From: the human T2T-CHM13v2.0 reference genome, Homo sapiens | Direction: 5' to 3' (one strand) | NCBI RefSeq assembly: GCF_009914755.1 | Contig: NC_060928.1 | DNA: 64,000 bases | In this document: piece by piece, positions 44,312 through 58,550 of the stretch | How positions within the stretch are numbered: the first letter of the stretch is position 1 | Layout: each line of letters starts with the position of its first letter | Position numbers and translations under genes: made by a program | The notes under the pieces: model-generated | Seen by the model: only the letters and a program-made list of their open reading frames with translations | Databases searched by the model: none | What the model was told of the DNA's origin: nothing

Positions 44312-44865
44312 TATCAGGCAGAACTCTTTCAGTTGCAAGTGACAGAAATCTCGATTTGACTTTGTTTAAACAAACTTTTAAGAAAAGGAATATATTGGCT
44401 TATATGATAGTAAGTCTAGAGAGAGATGAACTTTCATGTAGATCTAAATTCAGATTCCAAACAGTATCCTAAGGACTAGATTGCTTTCTACTTTCCTCTA
44501 CATATTATATAGATTTCATTTTCAGCTCGGCATGATGACAAGTTAGCTGCAGTTGCTCCAGCCAGATATTCTTTCAGGTCCAAGTTGGATAAGACAGGCT
44601 TGAGATTCACTCTGACTTCATGGACTTAGGTCATGTGCCCAGCCCTGGATTTACTGCCATCACCAAAATAATTAGCTGCATTAATTTGCTTATGGCCAGG
44701 TCATGCGTACCACCCCTAAAACTGGGGGTAGCACCCCACAGACCACGTGGAGAGAAAGTAGGCGAGTGCATACCCAAATTAAAAATTATAATCTGCTACT
44801 AAAATGAGAGAATTCTAGTACTGTATTCCTGGACGATGAAGAGACAAACAAAAATTCCCCCAAAC
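44312..44865 (-). mobile_element. MaLR solo LTR (MLT1K-like)
   Basis: ACTCTTTCAGTTGCAAGTGACAGAAA...GGTCATGTGCCCAGCCCTG...GGCCAGGTCATGCGTACCACCCCT. Confidence 0.7.
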
Positions 44866-45404
44866 ACGTCCTATCTCATTATTTCTATAATAGGTATTTC
44901 TACAATTTTACTCTTTCTATGATTTGAGAAATCTACTGATACAGGCTTGGGCTGATAGTAATAAAGGGTAAGAGGCAACGTTTCCTTAAAATGGGGCTAG
45001 GAGAGAGGGCAAATTATCTAATATGTTTCATACCTAAGTACAATTATGCCAGTCATTCATCTGGTTATGAAGGGCAACATCAAAAGTGCGTTACAAAGCA
45101 ACTGGTAGTAGAAAGAAAACTAGCTTTAGGTCATAAGCTAGTTTCTGTCACACTTTTTGCATTTTCTTAGGAATTTTAGGCAGTTATAGCCACAAGGAAG
45201 AAAAGAAGTCAGTAGTCACGCCTGGGTCCTGCTAGATAAGGCAGCTGAACTGAAAGAGGAGGAAGAGTGCAGCCAGCCAAGTGGCAGAGCACCAGGGCAG
45301 TTACATTCCCAATGCACCACAAAATGACTCTATAATGCAGCATAGACCAAAGCTGAATGCAAAAAGAAATCACATTGCTGGTGAGGAACTGCGTTCCTTT
45401 GGAG

Positions 45405-46347
45405 GTTCCTCACCAGCAACGGAACAAAGCTGGACGGAGAATGACTTTGACGAGCTGAGAGAAGAAGGCTTCAGACGATCAAATTACTCTGAGCTACGGG
45501 AGGACATTCAAACCAAAGGCAAAGAAGTTGAAAACTTTGAAAAGAATTTAGAAGAATATATAACTAGAATAACCAATACAGAGAAGTGCTTAAAGGAGCT
45601 GATGGAGCTGAAAACCAAGGCTTGAGAACTACGTGAAGAATGCAGAAGCCTCAGGAGCTGATGCGATCAACTGGAAGAAAGGGTATCAGTGATGGAAGAT
45701 GAAATGAATGAAATGAAGCAAGAAGGGAAGTTTAGAGAAAAAAGAATAAAAAGAAATGAACAAAGCCTCCAAGAAATATGGGACTATGTGAAAAGACCAA
45801 ATCTACGTCTGATTGGTGTACCTGAAAGTGATGGGGAGAATGGAACCAAGTTGGAAAACACTCTGCAGGATATTATCCAGGAGAACTTCCCCAATCTAGC
45901 AAGGCAGGCCAACATTCAGATTCAGGAAATACAGAGAACGCCACAAAGATACTCCTTGAGAAGAGCAACTCCAAGACACATAATTGTCAGATTCACCAAA
46001 GTTGAAATGAAGGAAAAAATGTTAAGGGCAGCCAGAGAGAAAGGTCGGGTTACCCTCAAAGGGAAGCCCATCAGACTAACAGCAGATGTCTCGGCAGAAA
46101 CCCTACAAGCCAGAAGAGAGTGGGGCCAATATTCAACATTCTTAAAGAAAAGAATTTTCAACCCAGAATTTCATATCCAGCCAAACTAAGCTTCATAAGT
46201 GAAGGACAAATAAAATACTTTACAGACAAGCAAATGCTGAGAGATTTTGTCACCACCAGGCCTGCCCTCAAAGAGCTCCTGAAGGAAGCGCTAAACATGG
46301 AAAGGAACAACCGGTACCAGCCACTGCAAAATTATGCCAAAATGTAA
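45405..46347 (+). pseudogene. L1 ORF1p, N-terminally truncated and disrupted
   Basis: SSPATEQSWTENDFDEL...KRPNLRLIGVPE...RDFVTTRPALKELL; TGA stops near 45623 and 45659 and a frameshift near 46125. Confidence 0.95.
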
Positions 46348-46395
46348 AGACCATGGAGACTAGGAAGAAACTGCATCAACTAACGAGCAAAATAA

Positions 46396-50233
<3,838 letters not shown>

Positions 50234-50447
50234 ACAATGAGATCACATGGACACAGGAAGGGGAACATCACACTCTGGGGACTGTGATGGGGTAGGGGGA
50301 GGGGGGAGGGATAGCACTGGGAGATATACCTAATGCTAGATGACGAGTTAGTGGGTGCAGCGCACCAGCATGGCACATGTATACATATGTAACTAACCTG
50401 CACAATGTGCACATGTACCCTAAAACTTAAAGTATAAAAAAAAAAAA

Positions 50448-50667
50448 GAATAAAAGATACCTGGGGACAACTTCTTAAAAAAAAAAAAGAAATATATGCA
50501 ACAATGGTAATGTAAGCTAAAAATATCCTTTTTTTGGAGACAAAATTGAAAGCCTACTACTACCACTGTGGCTTCTTGCCCACATTCATAATCAGAAGAA
50601 ATATTAAATGTCTATTAGAGGTTATTGAAAATAAAAATGTATTTTTTCCCAAAAAAAAAAAAAAAAA
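50448..50667 (+). other. L1 3'-transduced non-L1 sequence with poly(A) tracts
   Basis: Lies between the L1 poly(A) and the 3' TSD; AATAAA at 50449 and 50630, each followed by a poly(A) tract (50477-50488, 50651-50667). Confidence 0.88.
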
Positions 50668-51856
50668 GAAATCACAGGTAGATGGAGCAAGGTGAAACAA
50701 AGCCACATCACACTGCATAAGGAAAGAACATGCACTGTAAATATTATAAAGCATGCACCACAAATCCACAAAATTCAATATTTTTCTAAATCTGTACTGA
50801 GACCAGGAGGGCCTTTGACTCCAGAAAGTGATGCCTCATAAGTTGCAAAAAAAGGTTAATAAACACTTAACAACGATTAGATAGAAGGTGTTGATCTGTG
50901 CCTAGATATTGTATTCATATCTAGCTTCAAATAGTACTTTTAGAAATGTTAATATACAAATAAGATAATAATTGTTTATTAAAATATTGATACCAGTGAA
51001 CCATAGTGGGTTTTTTAGTATAATTTGCTAGAGTGTGTTTATTCATCTCATACCTCTCTCTGGTAGCAGGTACATAATTGCAGGCGTGGTACCCCAAATA
51101 AACTAAATAACCTCATGGAAACAGGCATCACATATTTATTGCTGATATAATAACTGTAAATTCCACAGGTTTATCCACTACACTACTAGTTTTGACTGCC
51201 TTGTTTTGTTTCTTAATCATTCTAAACCCACAGTCTGAACACATTTACATTTTCTGTTTTAATACCAAAAGCTTCTATTTTTCAGAAAAGGACCTTCAAT
51301 ATTTAATAATAATTACATATTCTTATGTAAGAATTATGATAATTAAATGAGGCAGCATATATTCAATCACAAATCACTTAACACTAAGGAGTGTGTCACT
51401 TGGCAAGTGACAGACTGGCCAATTGCCCGGGCTTCAATATGAGAGATCTTCCTGAATTTGTAGATTAGTGGACAAGATAGGCCTGGAAAGGCCTGATAAA
51501 TTGTATAAATCAGATCCAAAATTTGACTGCAAACTCCTGAAGGTGCAAACTTATATTATCTTTGTATTTTCCTAAAAGCTGATCAGCATAAAATACACAC
51601 GTTGAGAGCATTGAGTAAAAATAAACTTTGCTTAAAAGAACAGAGAGATGAGAATATAGGATTTCTGAAAATAGGTATTTCTGCATGATTTCAAAAATGT
51701 AGTAATCTCTTGGCCATCTTAAATTGCTACAAAGGTTTCATTTGTATTTTAAAGAAAAGTAAAAACACACAAAATGACAGATATTCCAGTCAGAGGTATT
51801 GGTATACGCAAAGGCACAGGGATATGAATTCTGTGTCACTGTAGAATAACGTATCA

Positions 51857-52226
51857 CAGGTTGAGCATCTGTAATCCCAAAATACAAAATTTGAAATGCT
51901 CCAATTTGAAACTTTTTGAGTGCCATCATGATACCACAAGTGGAAAATTCCACACTTGACCTCATATGACAGGTCAGAGTTGAAACTTTGTTTTACGCAC
52001 AAAACACAGTCAAAACTTTGTTTTATGCCCCAAATTATTAAAAATACTGTATGAAACCTTCAGGCTATATGTATGAGGTGTATCTAAAACATAAATGAAT
52101 TTTGTGTTTAGACTTAAGTTTCATCCTCAAAGATATCTCGCTATGCAAATATTCCAAAATTTGAAAAAATTCAAAATCTGAAACATTTCTGGTTCCAATC
52201 ATTTCAGACAAGGGATACACAACCTG
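51857..52226. mobile_element. Tigger-derived MITE (MER46C-like)
   Basis: TIRs CAGGTTGAGCATC / GATACACAACCTG followed by TA; internal AAACTTTGTTTTA duplicated. Confidence 0.8.
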
Positions 52227-53953
52227 TATTTTAGGAGCAGAGATGAGGTAGTGGGGGATTGGTAGCAGAAGAAGCCAAACAGTTGAAGAAACAAGAAAGA
52301 GTTTACGAAGGTTTTGCTTCCTACGTAAAGGTACCTAGTATTTTATCTAGTTTCAAACGGGAACCATTAAAGAAATTTTAGGAAAAAAGAATAAAAAGAG
52401 TTTTCTACTAAATGAACAGGTCAGGAAAAGGAAGGAGGAAGACCAGAGAAGCTGCACATAGAATAAGGTCTGAACTAGAGCAAAGGCAGTAGGGGTGGAG
52501 AAGATGTAATGGATATAAAAGATAAGTTTTAAAGTTTCCAAATGATTGCTGACGCAGTGGAACTCTTTTGATCAAACAAAACCTTGCAATCTTATCCCAA
52601 ACCAGAGCAGGTGTGTTTTGTTGAAGGGAGGCTCCTGTTCCCTACCTCCCACTCACACCACTGGGCACAACTTAAAAATTACTGTGCAACTGCCAAGCTT
52701 TCATAGCAGTCAGTATGTGGGGCTGAGAGATCAAGTGAGACTCAGTTTCTCAATGTAGGCAGGTTGGTAGATGGAAATGCTCTTCCACAGGGAGGGAATG
52801 CAGGAGGCAAAAAGGCATGCTCAGTTCTTGTGTTGGACTCTCTTCTCCCTGTCCCCAATTTATTCTTTGTTCAGTCTTCCTATCAAGATTTTACAATGAA
52901 AACTTTTTTGCACCAGTTGGGAAAATGAGATTATCAGTGAAATCCTAACGATCTCAAGGTTAAAAAATTAGCCCTAACTATAAAAGATAATTAAATTTGC
53001 TTTTTTTCTGGAAGTACATAAATCTAAATGCCGAAAATTTAATTCTTATTTTTAGATAGTTACCTATTTTTAATATGTGGTTTGAATTTCTTGTTAAAGT
53101 TTGGTTCTAGTGAACAGTAACTACCAGGGCATGTGTGTATATATGTGTAACATATCATATTTATATAATATGCATTTTTAATATATTAAGTACAAATTAT
53201 ATATTTAAAGGTTTATCTATATTTTATTCACTAAATATCCATCAAATGATTACCAAGCGCCTACCATGTACCAGAGATATGGCGTGAAACAAGCAGGCAA
53301 TTCTCTTTTCTTAAGGAGTTTATATTCTAGTGAGTTGAAAGCAAATCATTTCTTGAGTATAGCTAAAGGGTAAGATCTGCTAGAAAAGTTAAGCCTATTA
53401 TCCACTCTACCATTCAAATCTGGCAGTGCTTGATTCAGTGCTGTAAGTTGCAGCAACATGATGGGGATCACAAGGGCCACAGGGTTGGGCAGTGACACCA
53501 CGGAGATGAAGTAATTTGGCCTTTATGTTTCTCATCAGCATTGCTTTGCACTTTGGATCAAATCTTGACATGGATTATCAGTCTCTTTTCAACATCAAAA
53601 AGGTAATGTATGCTTCAGTTTCATTGAAACTTGGGATGTTGGGCAGGTAAATGACTACTAATTTTGGCTAGAGGAAGACTGAGTGACAGTGGGAGTGACA
53701 GTGAAATTACCTCCCCCTGGACTGTGTTTTGCACAGAACCACATGGAGTTGCATACCTCCTCTCTCTCTCTCTGCTTCTCTCTTGCTTGCATACATTCAT
53801 TACATGCCTAATGTTTAGGAGCCAGGATCCTTCCAGCTGTTATCCTTCCAATATGCCTGCCGACTTGTCTGTATCCTGTTCCCTTTTGCCTTTCTTAATT
53901 ATTTGTTTATGGGAGGACATAGTATTGGGCCTTAGAGCCAAAATAGATTGCAT

Positions 53954-54105
53954 TAGGTGGGCATGGTGATGATTGCTTTTAGTCCCAGGTACTCAGGAGA
54001 CTGAGGATTGCTTGAGCTTTGGAGAGCATGGCTGTAGTGAGCCGAGATCACGTCACTGCACTCCAGGCTGGGTGAGACACTGTCTCAAAATCAACAACAA
54101 AAAAA
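53954..54105 (+). mobile_element. Alu right-monomer type element (FRAM/AluJ arm)
   Basis: TAGTCCCAGGTACTCAGGAG...GTGAGCCGAGATCACGTCACTGCACTCCAG; flanks CCAAAATAGATTGCA / CCAAAATGGGTTGCA. Confidence 0.8.
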
Positions 54106-54351
54106 CTCCAAAATGGGTTGCAGATTCCATCCCTCGCAATGTTCTTCTCTGACATTTGCAAGGCTTTATCTCTGTTTAAATAATCAGTAGGATTGCTGAG
54201 TACTTATTGAACCTTCTTTCACTTTACTTACATAGCTTGAATCCCACAGTCAGCCATTTCACCCAAGTCTTTACAATCAGCCAAGTCACCTTGCTGTTGC
54301 CAACTCAAGATAACTACATCTCTATAGTTTTGATTTCTTCATTCCCCTGTT

Positions 54352-54396
54352 TTATATATAATATATATCTGTATCTATCTATCTATCTATCTATAT
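54352..54396. repeat. (TA)n/(TCTA)n microsatellite
   Basis: TATATATAATATATATCTGTATCTATCTATCTATCTATCTATA. Confidence 0.85.
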
Positions 54397-55524
54397 AAAT
54401 AAAACAAACCTTCAAAGGTTTCCCATTATCTATCATACTCCACAGCAAACACTGAGGTTTCTCTACCATCAGGATCCAAACTTCCTTTCTAGTCACATCT
54501 TCCTGTACCCCCCACAAGTTCTTTGTATGGGAAGTACATCATGTACCTGTGCTGATACTCACATTGCTAGTGCTGTCTGGAATATCCTTCCATTGATTTC
54601 TGTACCTGCCCAAATAACTCAACTGTGGCTATCCTAAGGATATTCCACATTATCTCTGGCCTTGAAGTCTCTTAAATGAACAAAATGAAATTGTCCTATT
54701 TGATTAAGTTGGTTAATACACTTGATTTCCTCTTATTTTTTTTTTTCTTCAAACAAAATCCCCTGAATTTAGAGTTCCAGATTTATGCTACTTTTACATA
54801 TCACTAGAGTTATGTTTCTTCTAATGCTGGAGCAGACAAAATCAAGTTTAATTTCATTCTTAGATCTTAATAATGGTTTCTAGTAGTGATTTTGTCATGG
54901 AAAGGTATATTGTTTAAACGGGATTGTGTAGTCCTAGCCCACATAGAATGAGCAAAATCTAGGAAGCCTAAACATACATTTATGGGCATCGAATTGTGAA
55001 ACACAGAATGAGTAGTGAATTCAGTCTCCATGAGGAAAGAAGAGGAATCTCTTAAAAGATCTTGAATATCAAAGGGAACTGAAATTTGATTATTCTCCAG
55101 AAATGTGAATACAGATTAGCTTTTTCTCTGAATTATCTGAGTATCACATAGCTCTAGAGGGCCTAGAGCAGTGATTGACACATAAAAGCTACAAAATAAA
55201 TCCTTGTTGACTGACTTACAATGAGATCACAAAGTGAGGAACCCAGAGGGTTTGCCCAAGGAGGGAGTAAACCAGGAAGATTTCATGACGTGTGATTCCA
55301 AGGGAACCCTCTGCAGAAAAATACCTCCCCCACTTGCAATTCCACCAAAGTCACCTCCTAAAAATATTCCAAATCCTTTGTCTATGTGTCCCACACCTCC
55401 CAGCATGATATTGATCAACCAAATATGTGGGTATCAAAATGGAGTCTCTCTATTCTTAAGGGTATATAATAAGTGGTTAGATTTATTAATATATCTTTTT
55501 GAGTCTTAAGAATTATTGCATCCC

Positions 55525-56291
55525 CAGCCAACAGACACATGAAAAAATACTCCTCCTCACTGGCCGTCAGAGAAATGCAAATCAAAACCACAATGAGATA
55601 CTATCTCATACCAGTTAGAATGGTGATCATTAAAAAGTCAGGAAACAACAGGTGCTGGAGAGGATGTGGAGAAATAGGAACACTTTTACACTGTTGGTGG
55701 GACTGTAAACTAGTTCAAACATTGTGGAAGACAGTGTGGCGATTCCTCAAGGATCTAGAACTAGAAATACCATTTGACCCAGCCATCCCATTACTGGGTA
55801 TATACCCAAAGGATTATAAATCATGCTGCTATAAAGACACATGCACACGTATGTTTATTGCGGCACTATTCACAATAGCAAAGAGCTGGAATCAACCCAA
55901 ATGTCCATCAATGATAGACTGGATTAAGAAAATGTGGCACATATACACCATGGAATACTATGCAGCCATAAAAAAGGATGAGTTCATGTCCTTTGTAGGG
56001 ACATGGATGAAGCTGGAAACCATCATTCTGAGCAAACTATCGCAAGGACAAAAAACCAAACACCGCATGTTCTCACTCATAGGTGGGAATTGAACAATGA
56101 GAACACTTGGACACAGGAAGGGGAACATCACACACCAGGGCCTGTCATGGGGTGGGAGGAGAGGGGAAGGATAGCATTAGGAGATATACCTAATGTAAAT
56201 GACGAGTTAATGGGTGCAGCACACCATCATGGCGCATGTATACATATGTAATAAACCTGCACGTTGTGCACATGTACCCTAGAACTTAAAG

Positions 56292-56329
<38 letters not shown>
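55525..56329 (+). mobile_element. 5'-truncated L1PA5-like element with (TAA)12 tail
   Basis: Open ORF2 C-terminus (55539-56093) and 3'UTR; TSD AAGAATTATTGCATCCC (55508-55524) / AAGAATTTTTGCATCCC (56330-56346); TT|AAGA endonuclease site. Confidence 0.96.
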
Positions 56330-56331
<2 letters not shown>

Positions 56332-56346
56332 GAATTTTTGCATCCC

Positions 56347-57221
56347 AAGAGTGCCCTAATGAAAGTCACGTGGCTTTGGGAGGCCTAAAATTTTAAATCA
56401 TAGATCACTTCAGTGGGGAGGAGGAAATGACGTTTGTCATCGCCAGCTATGAGCAGAGCCCCCTGGAAATAAGGCACAAGAGAGGCGCCTTATGAGGACT
56501 TCATGAGGGAAGAAGAGGGGCACTCTAGGCCTCTCTGACTGGTGGTTATGTAAAGCCACCATAATGGAGGAGAACATCTTAGCATCAAGGGCTTGCTTTC
56601 CTTCCTCCTATCTTTCCTTTTGCCCACGATTTCTTTCCCTTCTTCTCCTGCCTTGGGGACTACAAGGTAGCATAAGGAAAAATCTCTGTGATGGACACCT
56701 TTCCTTTACCCCTCTTTTCTATTTCTTGGTTCTGTTCTTCGCTCTGCTTTGTAACCTGGGAAGCTGGCTCTATGAATGGCATCCCTTGCCCTCTAGTTTC
56801 TGTTCGGTGGCCCACCAGGAAACATGGGTAGCAAATCAGAAGAAGAAAAGAGAATGAGAAATGACTGTTTACTCTCCTGGCTCCCATTCTGTGGGGTTGT
56901 TGAGGGTGGACCTAGACCAAAGCCTTAGAGTCCCTGACACTTGGCTTCTTGTTTTCTTTCCTTCTCATTCTCACTCTCCCATCCCCTCCTTCTTCCCCTA
57001 CTGCCCTGCCTTTCTTCTGGTAAGTGCTTTCCTCCCTTGCCCTTCAGATCTTGAGATGTAAGTACCTCTTACACTGATACAGCCCCAGAATACAGCATTA
57101 TTTCTTGCGGTTTTTCCAAATCCTTCTCCACATATTTGTAAATCTGCCTTTTATTAAACTCACATTAAATGACCCAATCTGGGCACATCATTTGTTTCTT
57201 GCTGGGATCCTGACTGATTCA
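56347..57221 (+). mobile_element. Old ERVL-class LTR (subfamily uncertain)
   Basis: 3' end TTTATTAAACTC...ACCCAAT...TTTGTTTCTTGCTGGGATCCTGACTGATTCA resembles LTR40/41-type termini; may continue upstream of the L1PA5. Confidence 0.45.
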
Positions 57222-58269
57222 ACCTCTTATCCTACAGGAAAACTCACCGTGATGCCATGTGCTTTCCCAAAGAGATAAATATCTGATTTGGTAGCTCCTT
57301 ATATGAACATTTTATTGTGTATGACTAGGATATTGTTTTTTTTTAAGCTAGCAGGTAAAAATTTTCTGAAGATCTATTTAAAAATGGAATCTTATTTAAA
57401 AAGGACATGGGTTTCTTCTTACCTCTTATCAAACTATTACTAAATATTTCTCCTCAAATAAATACACTTTTTTTTTTCAATGCCTACTAAAGACTCCAAG
57501 TCGGTGTCTTATGGAGGATAGCTCTGAAGAGCCAAGACATTATTCTTTGGCTTGCCTGGCTCCTCACATTTAAAAGGAAGAAATTAGGTCATACCAAGTT
57601 AAATGACTTTAATAAACTCATTGTTTCCAGTGCTGGCGTGGTGTATGACTTTTGGAGCAGAGAAGGATATAAATTCTATTTCTCTAGAAGGACTCACTGT
57701 TTCATCATTATCTTCAAATTATAGGTGCGAGCCCAGCAAAAGACTTTGGACAGAGTAAAAGGAGCTTGGATATAGTAGAAAAGCCTTCTAAAACAGTGGA
57801 GACAAACACGATAGTATTCACTGGGGCATAAGTAATCACATCTCAAAATGTAGCTGGACAAACTGGCAGCTGAGCTCATGCCTAGTCCATAGGAAGTCAA
57901 AACAAAGAGAAATATACCATTACAGAACTCACATTTTGATTACAATTTGATCACATTATAATTTTTGTCCCCTGACGACAGAGTAGATTGACTGTCTGAA
58001 CTTCCATTTAATGTTTAAAATGCCTAATCCTCCAAATCCTATAAGAGGATCTTCCAACTGTGAGATCCTGACCATGGGCCAAGTCAGCAGCCAACAGCGA
58101 CCCCGCAGAGCTTTTAGCTGAAGCCAGGAGGAAGCAAAAGCCTTGTTAGTAGAGATTCACTCACTCATAGCTCCCTAAATAGCCCTGGCTTCGTACTATG
58201 ACTTTGCCCAGGTTCTCAGGTTCAGATCTCTTAGGCTTATTTTGGGAGGATTTTGCTCCTGTATAATGC

Positions 58270-58550
58270 TTTAGGCACAGGGCTTCTAGACTGAGACCAT
58301 CTGGATTCAGGTGCCAAATACATTGGCGTGACACTAGGCAAGTCACTTAATGTCTTGTTTTCTCAGTTTTCTTAGCTGTAAATGGGATAACCATAATGCC
58401 TATTTCTTAGAATTGTCATAAAAATTAAATGAGATTTGTACATCAACTTTCTTAAAAGTCATTGAAAGTTATGAAATGAGCTAATACATGAAATGCATTA
58501 GAATTGAGCCTGGCACATAATAAATGTTCAATAAATGTGAACTATCATCA
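58270..58550 (+). mobile_element. MIR SINE
   Basis: GGCAAGTCACTTAA...CTCAGTTTTCTTAGCTGTAAATGGGATAA...CCTGGCACATAATAAATGTTCAATAAATG. Confidence 0.8.

Noticed and set aside
45281-45625. 114-aa ORF fusing flanking DNA to L1 ORF1 sequence
   Set aside because: Starts at GTG, passes through the TSD and inverted segment by chance and stops early; no promoter or splice evidence.
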